A stretch of 59,365 nucleotides of DNA from a virus (Duplodnaviria; Caudoviricetes): IMG/VR virus record IMGVR_UViG_3300036778_000019, positions 1 to 59,365 of that record, one strand, 5' to 3'. Under the pieces are notes generated by a model, which ran no database searches, was not told the origin of the DNA, and saw only the letters and a program-made list of their open reading frames with translations. Of the stretch, positions 38,051 through 45,936 are shown one piece after another. Position numbers and translations under genes: made by a program. The stretch's first letter is position 1; each line of letters starts with the position of its first letter.

Positions 38051-38304
38051 AGATCGGGGAGATCAGGGAAGTAATCAACCGCGCTGGCTACATGCGCAAC
38101 GACCTCTCCGGCCACACTCGCGATGAGTTCCTTCACCGCGACGTTCCGGCTTGGCTTGAGCCTCAGATTGAAGCTCTCCGCGCTCTGGAGATCGCTCCAC
38201 GGTTCCGCATCGACGAAGAGCGGCGCCAGTATGAGATCGAACGCCTGCGGGCAGTGATAGACCGCTGGCGTGGGCTTCAGATCTCGGAACGGAGGTTCGC
38301 CTGA
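38047..38304 (+). CDS. Hypothetical protein
   Basis: ATGA coupling. Confidence 0.65.
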   Translation: MKIGEIREVINRAGYMRNDLSGHTRDEFLHRDVPAWLEPQIEALRALEIAPRFRIDEERRQYEIERLRAVIDRWRGLQISERRFA

Positions 38305-38480
38305 TGGACGAGGAATACTACGACGACTATCGTGACTCGTTGCTCGAATATGGAACCCGCTGCGACGAGGCGTATGACCGGATGAAGCAGGAGGAGCTTG
38401 ACGACGCCACGGAACGGAGGATGAAGAGCAGTAGCAGAATCAACCCGCATCTGGACTTCATTCCCACGACGGCGGCTTAA
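38304..38480 (+). CDS. Small acidic protein (not in ORF track)
   Basis: MDEEYYDDYRD...; GGAGG RBS, TGATG coupling. Confidence 0.6.
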   Translation: MDEEYYDDYRDSLLEYGTRCDEAYDRMKQEELDDATERRMKSSSRINPHLDFIPTTAA

Positions 38481-38624
38481 AATTAGATGGCCGATGATTT
38501 TCGCAGATCATCGGCCTCCCCGGTTCAAAGGGGGCACATTTCAGGAGAGAAACGTGATAAACCGAGCATGACATTGAGGCTCGTCACTGTCAAATAAAGC
38601 GAGGATGAGATGGACGAAGATACG

Positions 38625-38653
38625 TTGACACAAAATAAGCAAATGGCTAATGT
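38625..38653 (+). promoter_or_regulatory. Sigma70-type promoter
   Basis: TTGACA-N17-TAATGT, 7 nt before ATG 38661. Confidence 0.8.
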
Positions 38654-38660
38654 AGCGGTT

Positions 38661-38885
38661 ATGAGCGACGAGCCACGTAGAGCCAAAGTTAAGCCGATCA
38701 TGATTTATCCGCAGACGGGCGAGCAGCGCAAATTATTTAAGGCCGCAGCCGATAGAGAGAACCGCAAGCTGAGCCCCTTCATCGTCCACGTCGTCCAAGA
38801 GTATCTGCGGCAACAGGAGATGACGCAGACGCCAGAGGGAAGGCTCGAAGAAGCACGGCGACGAATGATCCAAAGAACGGCCTAA
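38661..38885 (+). CDS. Ribbon-helix-helix-like transcription regulator
   Basis: PIMIYP....RKLFKAAADRENRKLSPFIVHVVQEYL; own promoter and terminator. Confidence 0.7.
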   Translation: MSDEPRRAKVKPIMIYPQTGEQRKLFKAAADRENRKLSPFIVHVVQEYLRQQEMTQTPEGRLEEARRRMIQRTA

Positions 38886-38899
38886 CCGGGGCCGTTTTT
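38876..38899 (+). terminator. Intrinsic terminator
   Basis: AACGGCC-N7-GGCCGTT-TTT. Confidence 0.7.
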
Positions 38900-38940
38900 A
38901 CTTTAAACCGCTTCTCATTCGCAGGGAGGCAAACCCCCTC

Positions 38941-38961
38941 ATTTTCCGGAAACCGGAAAAT
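38941..38961. promoter_or_regulatory. 21-bp palindrome, copy 5
   Basis: ATTTTCCGGAAACCGGAAAAT upstream of AAA gene. Confidence 0.85.
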
Positions 38962-38989
38962 TTCAACCAGTAGTTTTCAGGAGAAACGT

Positions 38990-40189
38990 ATGCCGCAAGT
39001 TCAAGATGAATTTACGCCACGGAAAGCGGTCAAGTCTCAGGTGAAGCTCAAGCTTGGCATCTCCGGTCCAAGTAACGCGGGCAAGACTGAGGGTGCTCTG
39101 GCTCTAGCCTCGGCCTTCGGTTCCGTGAAAGATGCGACACAGCAGGCGCGGATTCTGGTCATCGATACGGAGAACCGCTCCTCTGAGCTTTATGCAGACC
39201 GCTACACCTTCGATGTGATCTCGCTCTGCGCTCCCTACACAACCGAGCGGTACAAGCGGGCCATGTTCAAGGCCGTCGAGGGCAACTACGACTGGATGAT
39301 CGTCGACACCATCAGCCACGAGTGGGAAGGTGATGGCGGCATCCTCCGGCGCAAAGAGAAGCTGGACGCGGCGAACCCCACGGCGAACAGTTTCGGCCAC
39401 TGGGCCAAGCTGATGCCTGACCATGAGAGCTTCGTCGAGTTTATGAAGCAGATCCCCGTCAACGCGATCTACACGATGCGCTCCAAGCAGGCGTACGTGC
39501 TCGAAGACAACGGCAAGGGGAAACAGAAGCCGCGCAAGCTGGGCATGGCTCCTATCCAGCGGGACGGCGTGGAATACGAGTTCTCGCTCGTCTTCGACCT
39601 TGAGCATCCGAGCCACAACGCGACGGTGAGCAAGAACCGCACGACGCTGTTCACGGACGGCGATCCGATCAACCTTAAAGATCCCGTAGTGGCGCAGGAC
39701 ATACGTAGCTGGCTGGAGTCAGGCGTCGAGATGGCCGAGCAGCCGGAGTTCAAGTTAGAGACCAAGCCCGAAGCTCAGTCGCAGGCACCGCAGCAGGAGA
39801 AGAAGCCAGCGCGGGCGGCGAAGCCCCGGCTGATCACGCCGAAGGAGAAACAGCACTTCTGGATTGAGGCGCGGCAGGCGAACAAGAGCGACGAAGACAT
39901 CCGGCTCTATCTCTTCAACACCTTCAACATCCAGTCGTCGGGTGAGATCCCCGCCGAGCACTACAACGCCGCCATCGAGTGGGCCAAGAGTCCTCTACCG
40001 GAGCGGCAATTGGCTGATGGCGAGGCTGAGGCGCGTGATGCTGCCAAGCTCCTCGGCGTCAGCGAGAGCGATCTCCAATACGAGTTGGTGACGTGTAGGG
40101 GAGACTGGCGGGCTGTCTACAGTGTCTTGTCGAACCGCGCCGAAGAAGAAGAGTTGGCGCTGGCTGAGATCAACAAACGAACCGCCTGA
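38990..40189 (+). CDS. AAA_24-family ATPase (Sak4-like recombination protein)
   Basis: GPSNAGKT Walker A; IDTE; IVDTISHEW.G.GG; MRSK; QRDG.EYEF. Confidence 0.9.
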   Translation: MPQVQDEFTPRKAVKSQVKLKLGISGPSNAGKTEGALALASAFGSVKDATQQARILVIDTENRSSELYADRYTFDVISLCAPYTTERYKRAMFKAVEGNYDWMIVDTISHEWEGDGGILRRKEKLDAANPTANSFGHWAKLMPDHESFVEFMKQIPVNAIYTMRSKQAYVLEDNGKGKQKPRKLGMAPIQRDGVEYEFSLVFDLEHPSHNATVSKNRTTLFTDGDPINLKDPVVAQDIRSWLESGVEMAEQPEFKLETKPEAQSQAPQQEKKPARAAKPRLITPKEKQHFWIEARQANKSDEDIRLYLFNTFNIQSSGEIPAEHYNAAIEWAKSPLPERQLADGEAEARDAAKLLGVSESDLQYELVTCRGDWRAVYSVLSNRAEEEELALAEINKRTA

Positions 40190-40276
40190 AGTTCGCGTAG
40201 TCGAAACATAACCGGGTATAGTAGGCCGCTAGACAGTTGATCGTCTAGCGGCTTCGTAGGCTAGGAGAAGCCAAAG

Positions 40277-40798
40277 ATGAATCTGTATGAGATCGCAGTC
40301 GAGGGCGCGGAGATCGAGCGCATGTTGGAAGAGAGCGAAGGCGTCCTAACGCCGGAGATGGAAAAACGGTTCGACGAACTGCTCAAGGGTGGCAAGGAGA
40401 AGATCGACGCCGCGCTCTACGTTCGCCAGAACATGAAGGCCGATATCAAGTCCTGCGAGGAGGAGGCGGCTCGGCTCTCAGCCCGCGCAGCCTCACTCAA
40501 GAAGCAGTGCGCGAAGCTTCAGGAGCGTGTCCTGATCGCAGTCGACTGGGCATTCAACGGCAAGGTGAAGACGGCGAAGTTTACCGCCTACGGCACGACG
40601 GGAGCAGACACCTACGAGTACTCGCTGACCGAGGACTGCGATATCGTCGAGCTTCACAAGGCGAACCCCGATCTGGTCCGCATGAACGTCGATCTGAACC
40701 GCTCCGCTCTGAACCAGTTGGTGAAGGATAAAGAAGCTCTGCCAAGGGAGATTCGCGCCGAGAAGATCCCCGGCAAACGTTGGCTCAATGTGAGGTGA
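40277..40798 (+). CDS. Siphovirus Gp157-like protein
   Basis: MNLYEI...G.LT....KID....EE..RL..R; follows recombinase. Confidence 0.75.
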   Translation: MNLYEIAVEGAEIERMLEESEGVLTPEMEKRFDELLKGGKEKIDAALYVRQNMKADIKSCEEEAARLSARAASLKKQCAKLQERVLIAVDWAFNGKVKTAKFTAYGTTGADTYEYSLTEDCDIVELHKANPDLVRMNVDLNRSALNQLVKDKEALPREIRAEKIPGKRWLNVR

Positions 40799-40804
40799 GG
40801 GTAA

Positions 40805-41770
40805 ATGAACTACACGTCTTCGAGCATACTGATGCAGCTACTGGACCGCCCCATCGCGTTCCATCCCTGCTTGGTCAGGATAACGGGCAGCGTCAATGCT
40901 GCGATTCTGTTAGGGCAGGCCATCTACTGGTCCAAGCGAACGAAAGACGACAATGGTTGGTTCTATAAGAGCCAGCAGGTATGGGAAGAAGAGACTGCGC
41001 TGCACCGCTTCGAGCAGGAGAATGCGCGGAAGGTTCTAAGAAACAAGCACATACTGGAAGAGAAGAAGGCGGGCGTACCCGCCAAACTTTTTTACCGAGT
41101 GAACTTTGAGGCGCTGGAAGAGTTAACATGCAAGGTTGCTGCTGGCCAGCAGGCTGGGGAGTCAGGGGCTGGAAAGCAAGCTCGTAGGCGAGCCGCAGGC
41201 AAGTTCGCTACTGAGCAGCAGCCATTAAGTACTACAGAGACTACTACAGAGACTACAGCAGAGATTACTTCAAAGGACACCGCCGATCCTGCGGAGTCGG
41301 CGGGGGGCGCGAGTGCTATTCCACCCGAGTTGGACGAGGAAGCGCCTGCGGACGATCCTCCGACGATTGGCAACGACCCTACGGATGGCTCCCCTGACCG
41401 CAAGCAGATCATCGACGAGGTTCACCGCCTGTACCAAGCCCATAATCCCGGCATCAAAGTACCGTGGACCGATCTCGCGTTTCTGCGGCTGAAGCGCGAA
41501 GTGGAGCGGGTGAAGGGATGGACCACGGAGCAGTGGCTCGATTGTGTTCGCAATCGCTATGCTAGCGATGGCATAATACTCGGAGAATTGCCTGAGAGCT
41601 TTATTCCCTATCTATCCCGGTATATCTCAGGGCCGATGGATCGGTATGGCAAAGCGAAGGGGGCCAACAGTGGCAACGTCAGTGCTCGAACGGCAAGAAA
41701 CCGTGCCGCGCTCTCCGAAGTCGTCAGCGGTATCCGCAAGGGCTTCGGTATCGCAGAGAGAGCGGGATGA
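40805..41770 (+). CDS. Phage replication initiator (O-like)
   Basis: LLDRPIAFH...GSVNAAILL.Q.IYW...GWFYKS...W.EET.L...EQE.AR..L; internal iterons. Confidence 0.88.
   Translation: MNYTSSSILMQLLDRPIAFHPCLVRITGSVNAAILLGQAIYWSKRTKDDNGWFYKSQQVWEEETALHRFEQENARKVLRNKHILEEKKAGVPAKLFYRVNFEALEELTCKVAAGQQAGESGAGKQARRRAAGKFATEQQPLSTTETTTETTAEITSKDTADPAESAGGASAIPPELDEEAPADDPPTIGNDPTDGSPDRKQIIDEVHRLYQAHNPGIKVPWTDLAFLRLKREVERVKGWTTEQWLDCVRNRYASDGIILGELPESFIPYLSRYISGPMDRYGKAKGANSGNVSARTARNRAALSEVVSGIRKGFGIAERAG
41130..41270. repeat. Putative replication origin iterons inside initiator gene
   Basis: 23-bp-period GCAAG...CAG units at 41130, 41176, 41199 (degenerate at 41153); ACTACAGAG repeats at 41231-41270. 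Confidence 0.7.
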
Positions 41771-42479
41771 CGCTCGTCGTCTGGAACGGATTGCGGAAGC
41801 TGTCTCAGGAGCAGCCGAGGTGATGGGTACGGAACTCTCCTCCGAAGCTCTGCGCATCTTTGTTCGCGCCCTTGCGCCCCTCGACGACGTGACGATTCGA
41901 AATGCTCTGGAGCGGACCGCGCTGGAGGTACGCGGCAAAAACGGCTTCGCCCCGAAGCTCCTCCTGCAAGACGTACTGGACCGCGCCGGGATCATCAGCG
42001 AGGCTGAAGCCGACCAGATGGACGCGGTTCTGGCGTGGGATCTGGTCGAGCAGGTCGCCGCCCGGTTCTGCTTCTACAACCAAGACGGAGACGTGGTTCT
42101 GCGGGCCTTCGTCGGTAAGCCGAAGCTGGACTGCAAGCGTTGCCACGGCAAGGGCATGACGATGCACGGACGGCTCGATGGAGACCGCTTCGTCAAGGAC
42201 TGCAACTGCCGGATGCGCGAAGAGGTTCCGGTGATCAGCCAGCGGATCAAGGATACCGTTCGCAGGCTCGGCGGCTGGAACATGGTCAAGGAGATTCCTT
42301 CGGATCGGTATGCGTTCGTGAAGCGGGATTTTATGGCCGAGTTCGCCCGCTGGACCAAGATTGAGAGCTTTCGGGGATCCACCGGGGGCGAGTTGGTTGC
42401 TGTCGGCAAGATGATCGAGTCGGACGCCGGGGGTGACGACCTTGGTGGCCTTCTGGAGAAAATTCTTCGGGCGAAGTGA
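41646..42479 (+). CDS. DUF6475-like replication accessory (helicase-loader-like) protein with zinc-finger insert
   Basis: A.LAW..V...I..TVRRLGGW......FV.RDF; follows initiator; start uncertain. Confidence 0.65.
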   Translation: MAKRRGPTVATSVLERQETVPRSPKSSAVSARASVSQRERDDARRLERIAEAVSGAAEVMGTELSSEALRIFVRALAPLDDVTIRNALERTALEVRGKNGFAPKLLLQDVLDRAGIISEAEADQMDAVLAWDLVEQVAARFCFYNQDGDVVLRAFVGKPKLDCKRCHGKGMTMHGRLDGDRFVKDCNCRMREEVPVISQRIKDTVRRLGGWNMVKEIPSDRYAFVKRDFMAEFARWTKIESFRGSTGGELVAVGKMIESDAGGDDLGGLLEKILRAK

Positions 42480-42545
42480 TCCACCAGTTGCTGTATTAGT
42501 ATCGAACGAGTAAAGAGACGTTTCACCCGAAGGAGTTTTAACCTC

Positions 42546-43652
42546 ATGGCCGAAGGCAAAGGAATCCGCAAAGCTACACCACGCAGCGCCGCTACCGCGA
42601 CAGCTAAACCGAAGGCCAAATCTCCCATCGCTATCGAGCGCGAGACCTCAACCGAACTGGCAACCGCGCCCAAGGGAGAACTCGTTGAGCAGTTTTCCAA
42701 GGCGATGATCCGCGAGGCTCAGCGGCTCGACGAGAAGATCATCAAGACCATCGATCGTATCGAGACCGACGTCATCGTACTGGGCGAGATGTTTGCCGAG
42801 ATGCACGACTCTGGCTATCACCGTGCTCTCGGCTTCGGCATCTTTGGCAACTACCTCAAGGCTCGCTATCCGAACCGCTCCACGACGCAGATCACGCAGG
42901 CCATGCGTATCGTGCGCGAACTGACGAGCGGCGATCATCCCGCCGTGTCGAAGGACGATGTGCGCGAGATGAGCCGCGACAACGCCGAAGGTCTGGCGCG
43001 GATCAAGAAGCAGGGTCTGGATATCACGCCGGAGTTGATCGAGCAGGCCAAGACGATGCCCGTTTATCTCTTCGCTGAAGAGGTCGCAGGCCGCAACACT
43101 CTCGACACAGGCGCTCGAACGACACCGCAGGCCAGCTCAGAGCTTCAGGCCGAGGTACAGGTCAAACGAGTCTTCTGGATCGCAGGCACAACGAACTCGA
43201 ATCTGGACAAGGCCATCGAGATTATCAAGTTTCTCGGCGAGGGCCATGAGCGTGATCGCGGCCAGTCGCTGGACGACTACATCATCAGCGCACTGGTGGG
43301 CGACTTTCTTTCTTCGACGCTGAAGGACTACGAAGACATGATGAAGGTTCGCAACGCCGAGGCGATTCATGCGGCCAGAATGACCGAGGATAAGTTAGGG
43401 CCGGACACTGCCGAGGACGACGACGACGATGAGGATGAGACGAAGCCTGAAGACGAAGGCGAGGATGAGGATGACGACGAACATCTGGAAGCGTCTGGAG
43501 CGGAAACGACCGCTATCCCGATCTGTCGCTATACCAAAGGCGACGGCGTACGCTGTGGCTCACCTACCCTCAAGGGTTCCGATTACTGCTTCTTTCACAA
43601 GAAACGCTATGTTGAATCCTCGAAGTCGCAATCGTCAGCCACGGTTCAATAA
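42546..43652 (+). CDS. Hypothetical protein with acidic linker and C-terminal C3H zinc motif
   Basis: AAGGAG RBS; CRYTKGDGVRCGSPTLKGSDYCFFH. Confidence 0.85.
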   Translation: MAEGKGIRKATPRSAATATAKPKAKSPIAIERETSTELATAPKGELVEQFSKAMIREAQRLDEKIIKTIDRIETDVIVLGEMFAEMHDSGYHRALGFGIFGNYLKARYPNRSTTQITQAMRIVRELTSGDHPAVSKDDVREMSRDNAEGLARIKKQGLDITPELIEQAKTMPVYLFAEEVAGRNTLDTGARTTPQASSELQAEVQVKRVFWIAGTTNSNLDKAIEIIKFLGEGHERDRGQSLDDYIISALVGDFLSSTLKDYEDMMKVRNAEAIHAARMTEDKLGPDTAEDDDDDEDETKPEDEGEDEDDDEHLEASGAETTAIPICRYTKGDGVRCGSPTLKGSDYCFFHKKRYVESSKSQSSATVQ

Positions 43653-43950
43653 ATACCCGGTAGTGGATGGGGTCCAACGCATCACGGACCCCTCCAACCC
43701 TCGCGGCTATCGCGAGATCTGTTTGACCGAGACGGCATGGGCGAGAGCGGTTGCTACGTGCTGGGCGCGGGCTGAGAACCACTGTGAGCGATGCTGCGTC
43801 AATGCCGCCGATGGAGATCCCCACCACAAGCGCGGACGCGGGGCAGGGAAGAGAGATGATCACCCCGACGCTTTAGAATGTCTATGCCGCTATTGTCACC
43901 AAACGCGGCACAATCCAAAATCAGTTCCGAGAAAGGTACGAAATGTCTAA
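43609..43950 (+). CDS. HNH endonuclease
   Basis: CERC...HHK..RG.....L..LCRYCH...H. Confidence 0.75.
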   Translation: MLNPRSRNRQPRFNKYPVVDGVQRITDPSNPRGYREICLTETAWARAVATCWARAENHCERCCVNAADGDPHHKRGRGAGKRDDHPDALECLCRYCHQTRHNPKSVPRKVRNV

Positions 43951-44293
43951 CGAACCAGAGTGGCTGGAGCAGTTACGCAAGGCAGACCCCGACGCTACGG
44001 AGTATCACATGACCCAACTGATCCACGCCGATCCGACCAAGGGTGAAAATTATCGGCTGTATCTCTATGGCGCCGATGGCTACCACGGTGGGACGCAGTG
44101 GTTCACATCGGGCAAGATCAAGTATCCCGATGAGCAGATCACAGCCGAGCAGGCGAAATTTTTAGCCGAAGATACGATGCGTAAAGGCCACGAAGTCCGC
44201 ATCACCGACGCAGGCGATTTTCTCGTCTTTCATGCCGTCAACGGCCGTCAGGTTCATCCTCCGGAGAACGTAGATTTCTGGAGTCAGGTATGA
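43943..44293 (+). CDS. Hypothetical protein
   Basis: AAAGG RBS, operon coupling. Confidence 0.7.
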   Translation: MSNEPEWLEQLRKADPDATEYHMTQLIHADPTKGENYRLYLYGADGYHGGTQWFTSGKIKYPDEQITAEQAKFLAEDTMRKGHEVRITDAGDFLVFHAVNGRQVHPPENVDFWSQV

Positions 44294-44450
44294 GGATGCG
44301 CGATGCTTTAGAACTGGTGCTGATGTTCCACGAGGGCGGTTCGTGGAGCAGCGAGAAGTCGAAGCGGTGGGACGAGCTATCCGGCAATCGAGAAGCAACG
44401 ACACGAACCCTGTGCGACTGTGTGCGCGAGTCATTAGCGGGAGACGAGCA

Positions 44451-44771
44451 ATGACGCTGCGCGAGAGTTGGCTCAAGAATGAGATTCGTGTCATCAAGGG
44501 CGGTGGCACGATCAGGCAACGATGCACGATGGCCACGGAAGACAGAGTGAAGCTGGGGCTTTGTCTCGGTGACATTCCCGCAGGCCGCGCCCATCGCGGC
44601 TCAGAGACCTGTTCGCCGGAGTGCCAGTCAGATCGGCGCAGGCTGCGGCGGTGGGAGCAGAGCAAGGGATCTTGCCGCTACTGTGGTCACAATCTACCGC
44701 GAAAGAAGCGCGACCCAAAGGTCACGTATTTTCCGGTTACCGGAAAAGAGTCCGAGTTTATGGAGGTGTAG
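44451..44771 (+). CDS. Hypothetical zinc-binding protein
   Basis: TCSPEC...CRYCG; ATGA coupling. Confidence 0.65.
   Translation: MTLRESWLKNEIRVIKGGGTIRQRCTMATEDRVKLGLCLGDIPAGRAHRGSETCSPECQSDRRRLRRWEQSKGSCRYCGHNLPRKKRDPKVTYFPVTGKESEFMEV
44728..44748. promoter_or_regulatory. 21-bp palindrome, copy 6 (inside 3' end of CDS)
   Basis: ATTTTCCGGTTACCGGAAAAG. Confidence 0.8.
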
Positions 44772-44773
44772 CC

Positions 44774-45157
44774 GTGTCGAACCTGAGAGAGTTCAACTTC
44801 ACGTTTACGGATAGCAGGAAGCGGACGGCGCGGCATCGCGTCCGCATCTTCGCTTGCGACAACTGGACCACGGTTGTAGCCACGGACCGCAGTGAGCAAT
44901 TTCACTGCTCGTCGGTGACAAACTCCATCGAGAACCTTGTCAACGCCCTGATCACGCACGCGGAGTTAGATACGGATCGCCTGATCGTCATCGAGCACTA
45001 CGACGATCTGGAGAAGGAGACGTTCGATCTGGTGAAGTTTGATCGCATGCGGGACGGGACGCTTCACTACCCAAGCTGGAAGGCGATCACGAAAGCGGAA
45101 GCAGAGCAGTGGAGTGGATCTCAGTTCAACTGGGAGGAGAGCCATGCCACTGCTTGA
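44774..45157 (+). CDS. Hypothetical protein (SVTN.IE...IEHY...FDLV.F...P.W type)
   Basis: GGAGG RBS, GTG start. Confidence 0.75.
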   Translation: MSNLREFNFTFTDSRKRTARHRVRIFACDNWTTVVATDRSEQFHCSSVTNSIENLVNALITHAELDTDRLIVIEHYDDLEKETFDLVKFDRMRDGTLHYPSWKAITKAEAEQWSGSQFNWEESHATA

Positions 45158-45344
45158 GGGGAGCTCAGACGAGACGATCAGCAAGAACATCGAGACGCTG
45201 ATGAATGAGGGCTACGACCAGAAGCAGGCGATTGCGATAGCGTTCAGCAAGGCGGGCCGTTCGCGCAACGACGCCAAGGATTACGTCAACCATCACCGCT
45301 CGACAACGGACAAGGTGATCCACCTGTACCTCCACCAACGATGA
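45144..45344 (+). CDS. Small phage protein (MPL..G.S...IS.NI...KQAIAIA) with C-terminal IHLYLH
   Basis: Recognisable motif; GGAGG RBS. Confidence 0.8.
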   Translation: MPLLEGSSDETISKNIETLMNEGYDQKQAIAIAFSKAGRSRNDAKDYVNHHRSTTDKVIHLYLHQR

Positions 45345-45553
45345 ACTTTCCCAAGAATAGACGCGAGATGATAGCGCAGGGCTATATGCCTGCTGGCAGA
45401 GACCGCTGCCGTGTCTGTCCGGTCACGATTGAGTTCTGGATCACACCCTATGGTCGCCGCATCCCCATGAACTCTATGCCGAGTGATGACTCGCTGGCGG
45501 TCTCGCACTATGCGACGTGTAAGGAGCCGGAGAGATTCAGGCGAAAAAAGTGA
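45341..45553 (+). CDS. Small zinc-binding protein
   Basis: CRVC..I.F..T..G..IP...SH.ATC. Confidence 0.7.
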   Translation: MNFPKNRREMIAQGYMPAGRDRCRVCPVTIEFWITPYGRRIPMNSMPSDDSLAVSHYATCKEPERFRRKK

Positions 45554-45575
45554 GCAGTTTGTATATAATGGAATT

Positions 45576-45875
45576 ACCAAGCACGGCAGCGTCTACTGAC
45601 CGTGCGTTGGGTTGTAGAAGCTTCTACTTGGCGGTTAGGCCAAATAGAAGCGCAATCAGGGTCGCAATGATGTGAAGCTCGTCCTTGCTAACCTGAACAG
45701 TGAAGCCAACGGAGGATACCGTTATCTTCATTGTTGCCGTACTCCTTCAGTCCCCGGTCCCGAGTGATGATCGGTTCCGGGGATCAATTGCGTTGAGCGC
45801 AATCTGCACTCGTAAAAGAGTTACAAACGCCCTCTTCGGAAGCTGTCAATTGCCGACGCCAAAAGAGTACAACCC
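45576..45875 (+). ncRNA. Putative large structured non-coding RNA (unclassified)
   Basis: TATAAT at 45564-45569; eight stem-loops; long-range helix GGGTTGTA(45609-16)/TACAACCC(45868-75). Confidence 0.7.
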
Positions 45876-45936
45876 TGCTCTCTCTATTCTACTAGCAATC
45901 AGTTAGTAATTTTGCGGCGACAGATAAACTTGATGT

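Noticed and set aside
45700-45906. 68-aa ORF in the track
   Set aside because: No RBS and not protein-like; lies inside the heavily base-paired element and is better explained as ncRNA.
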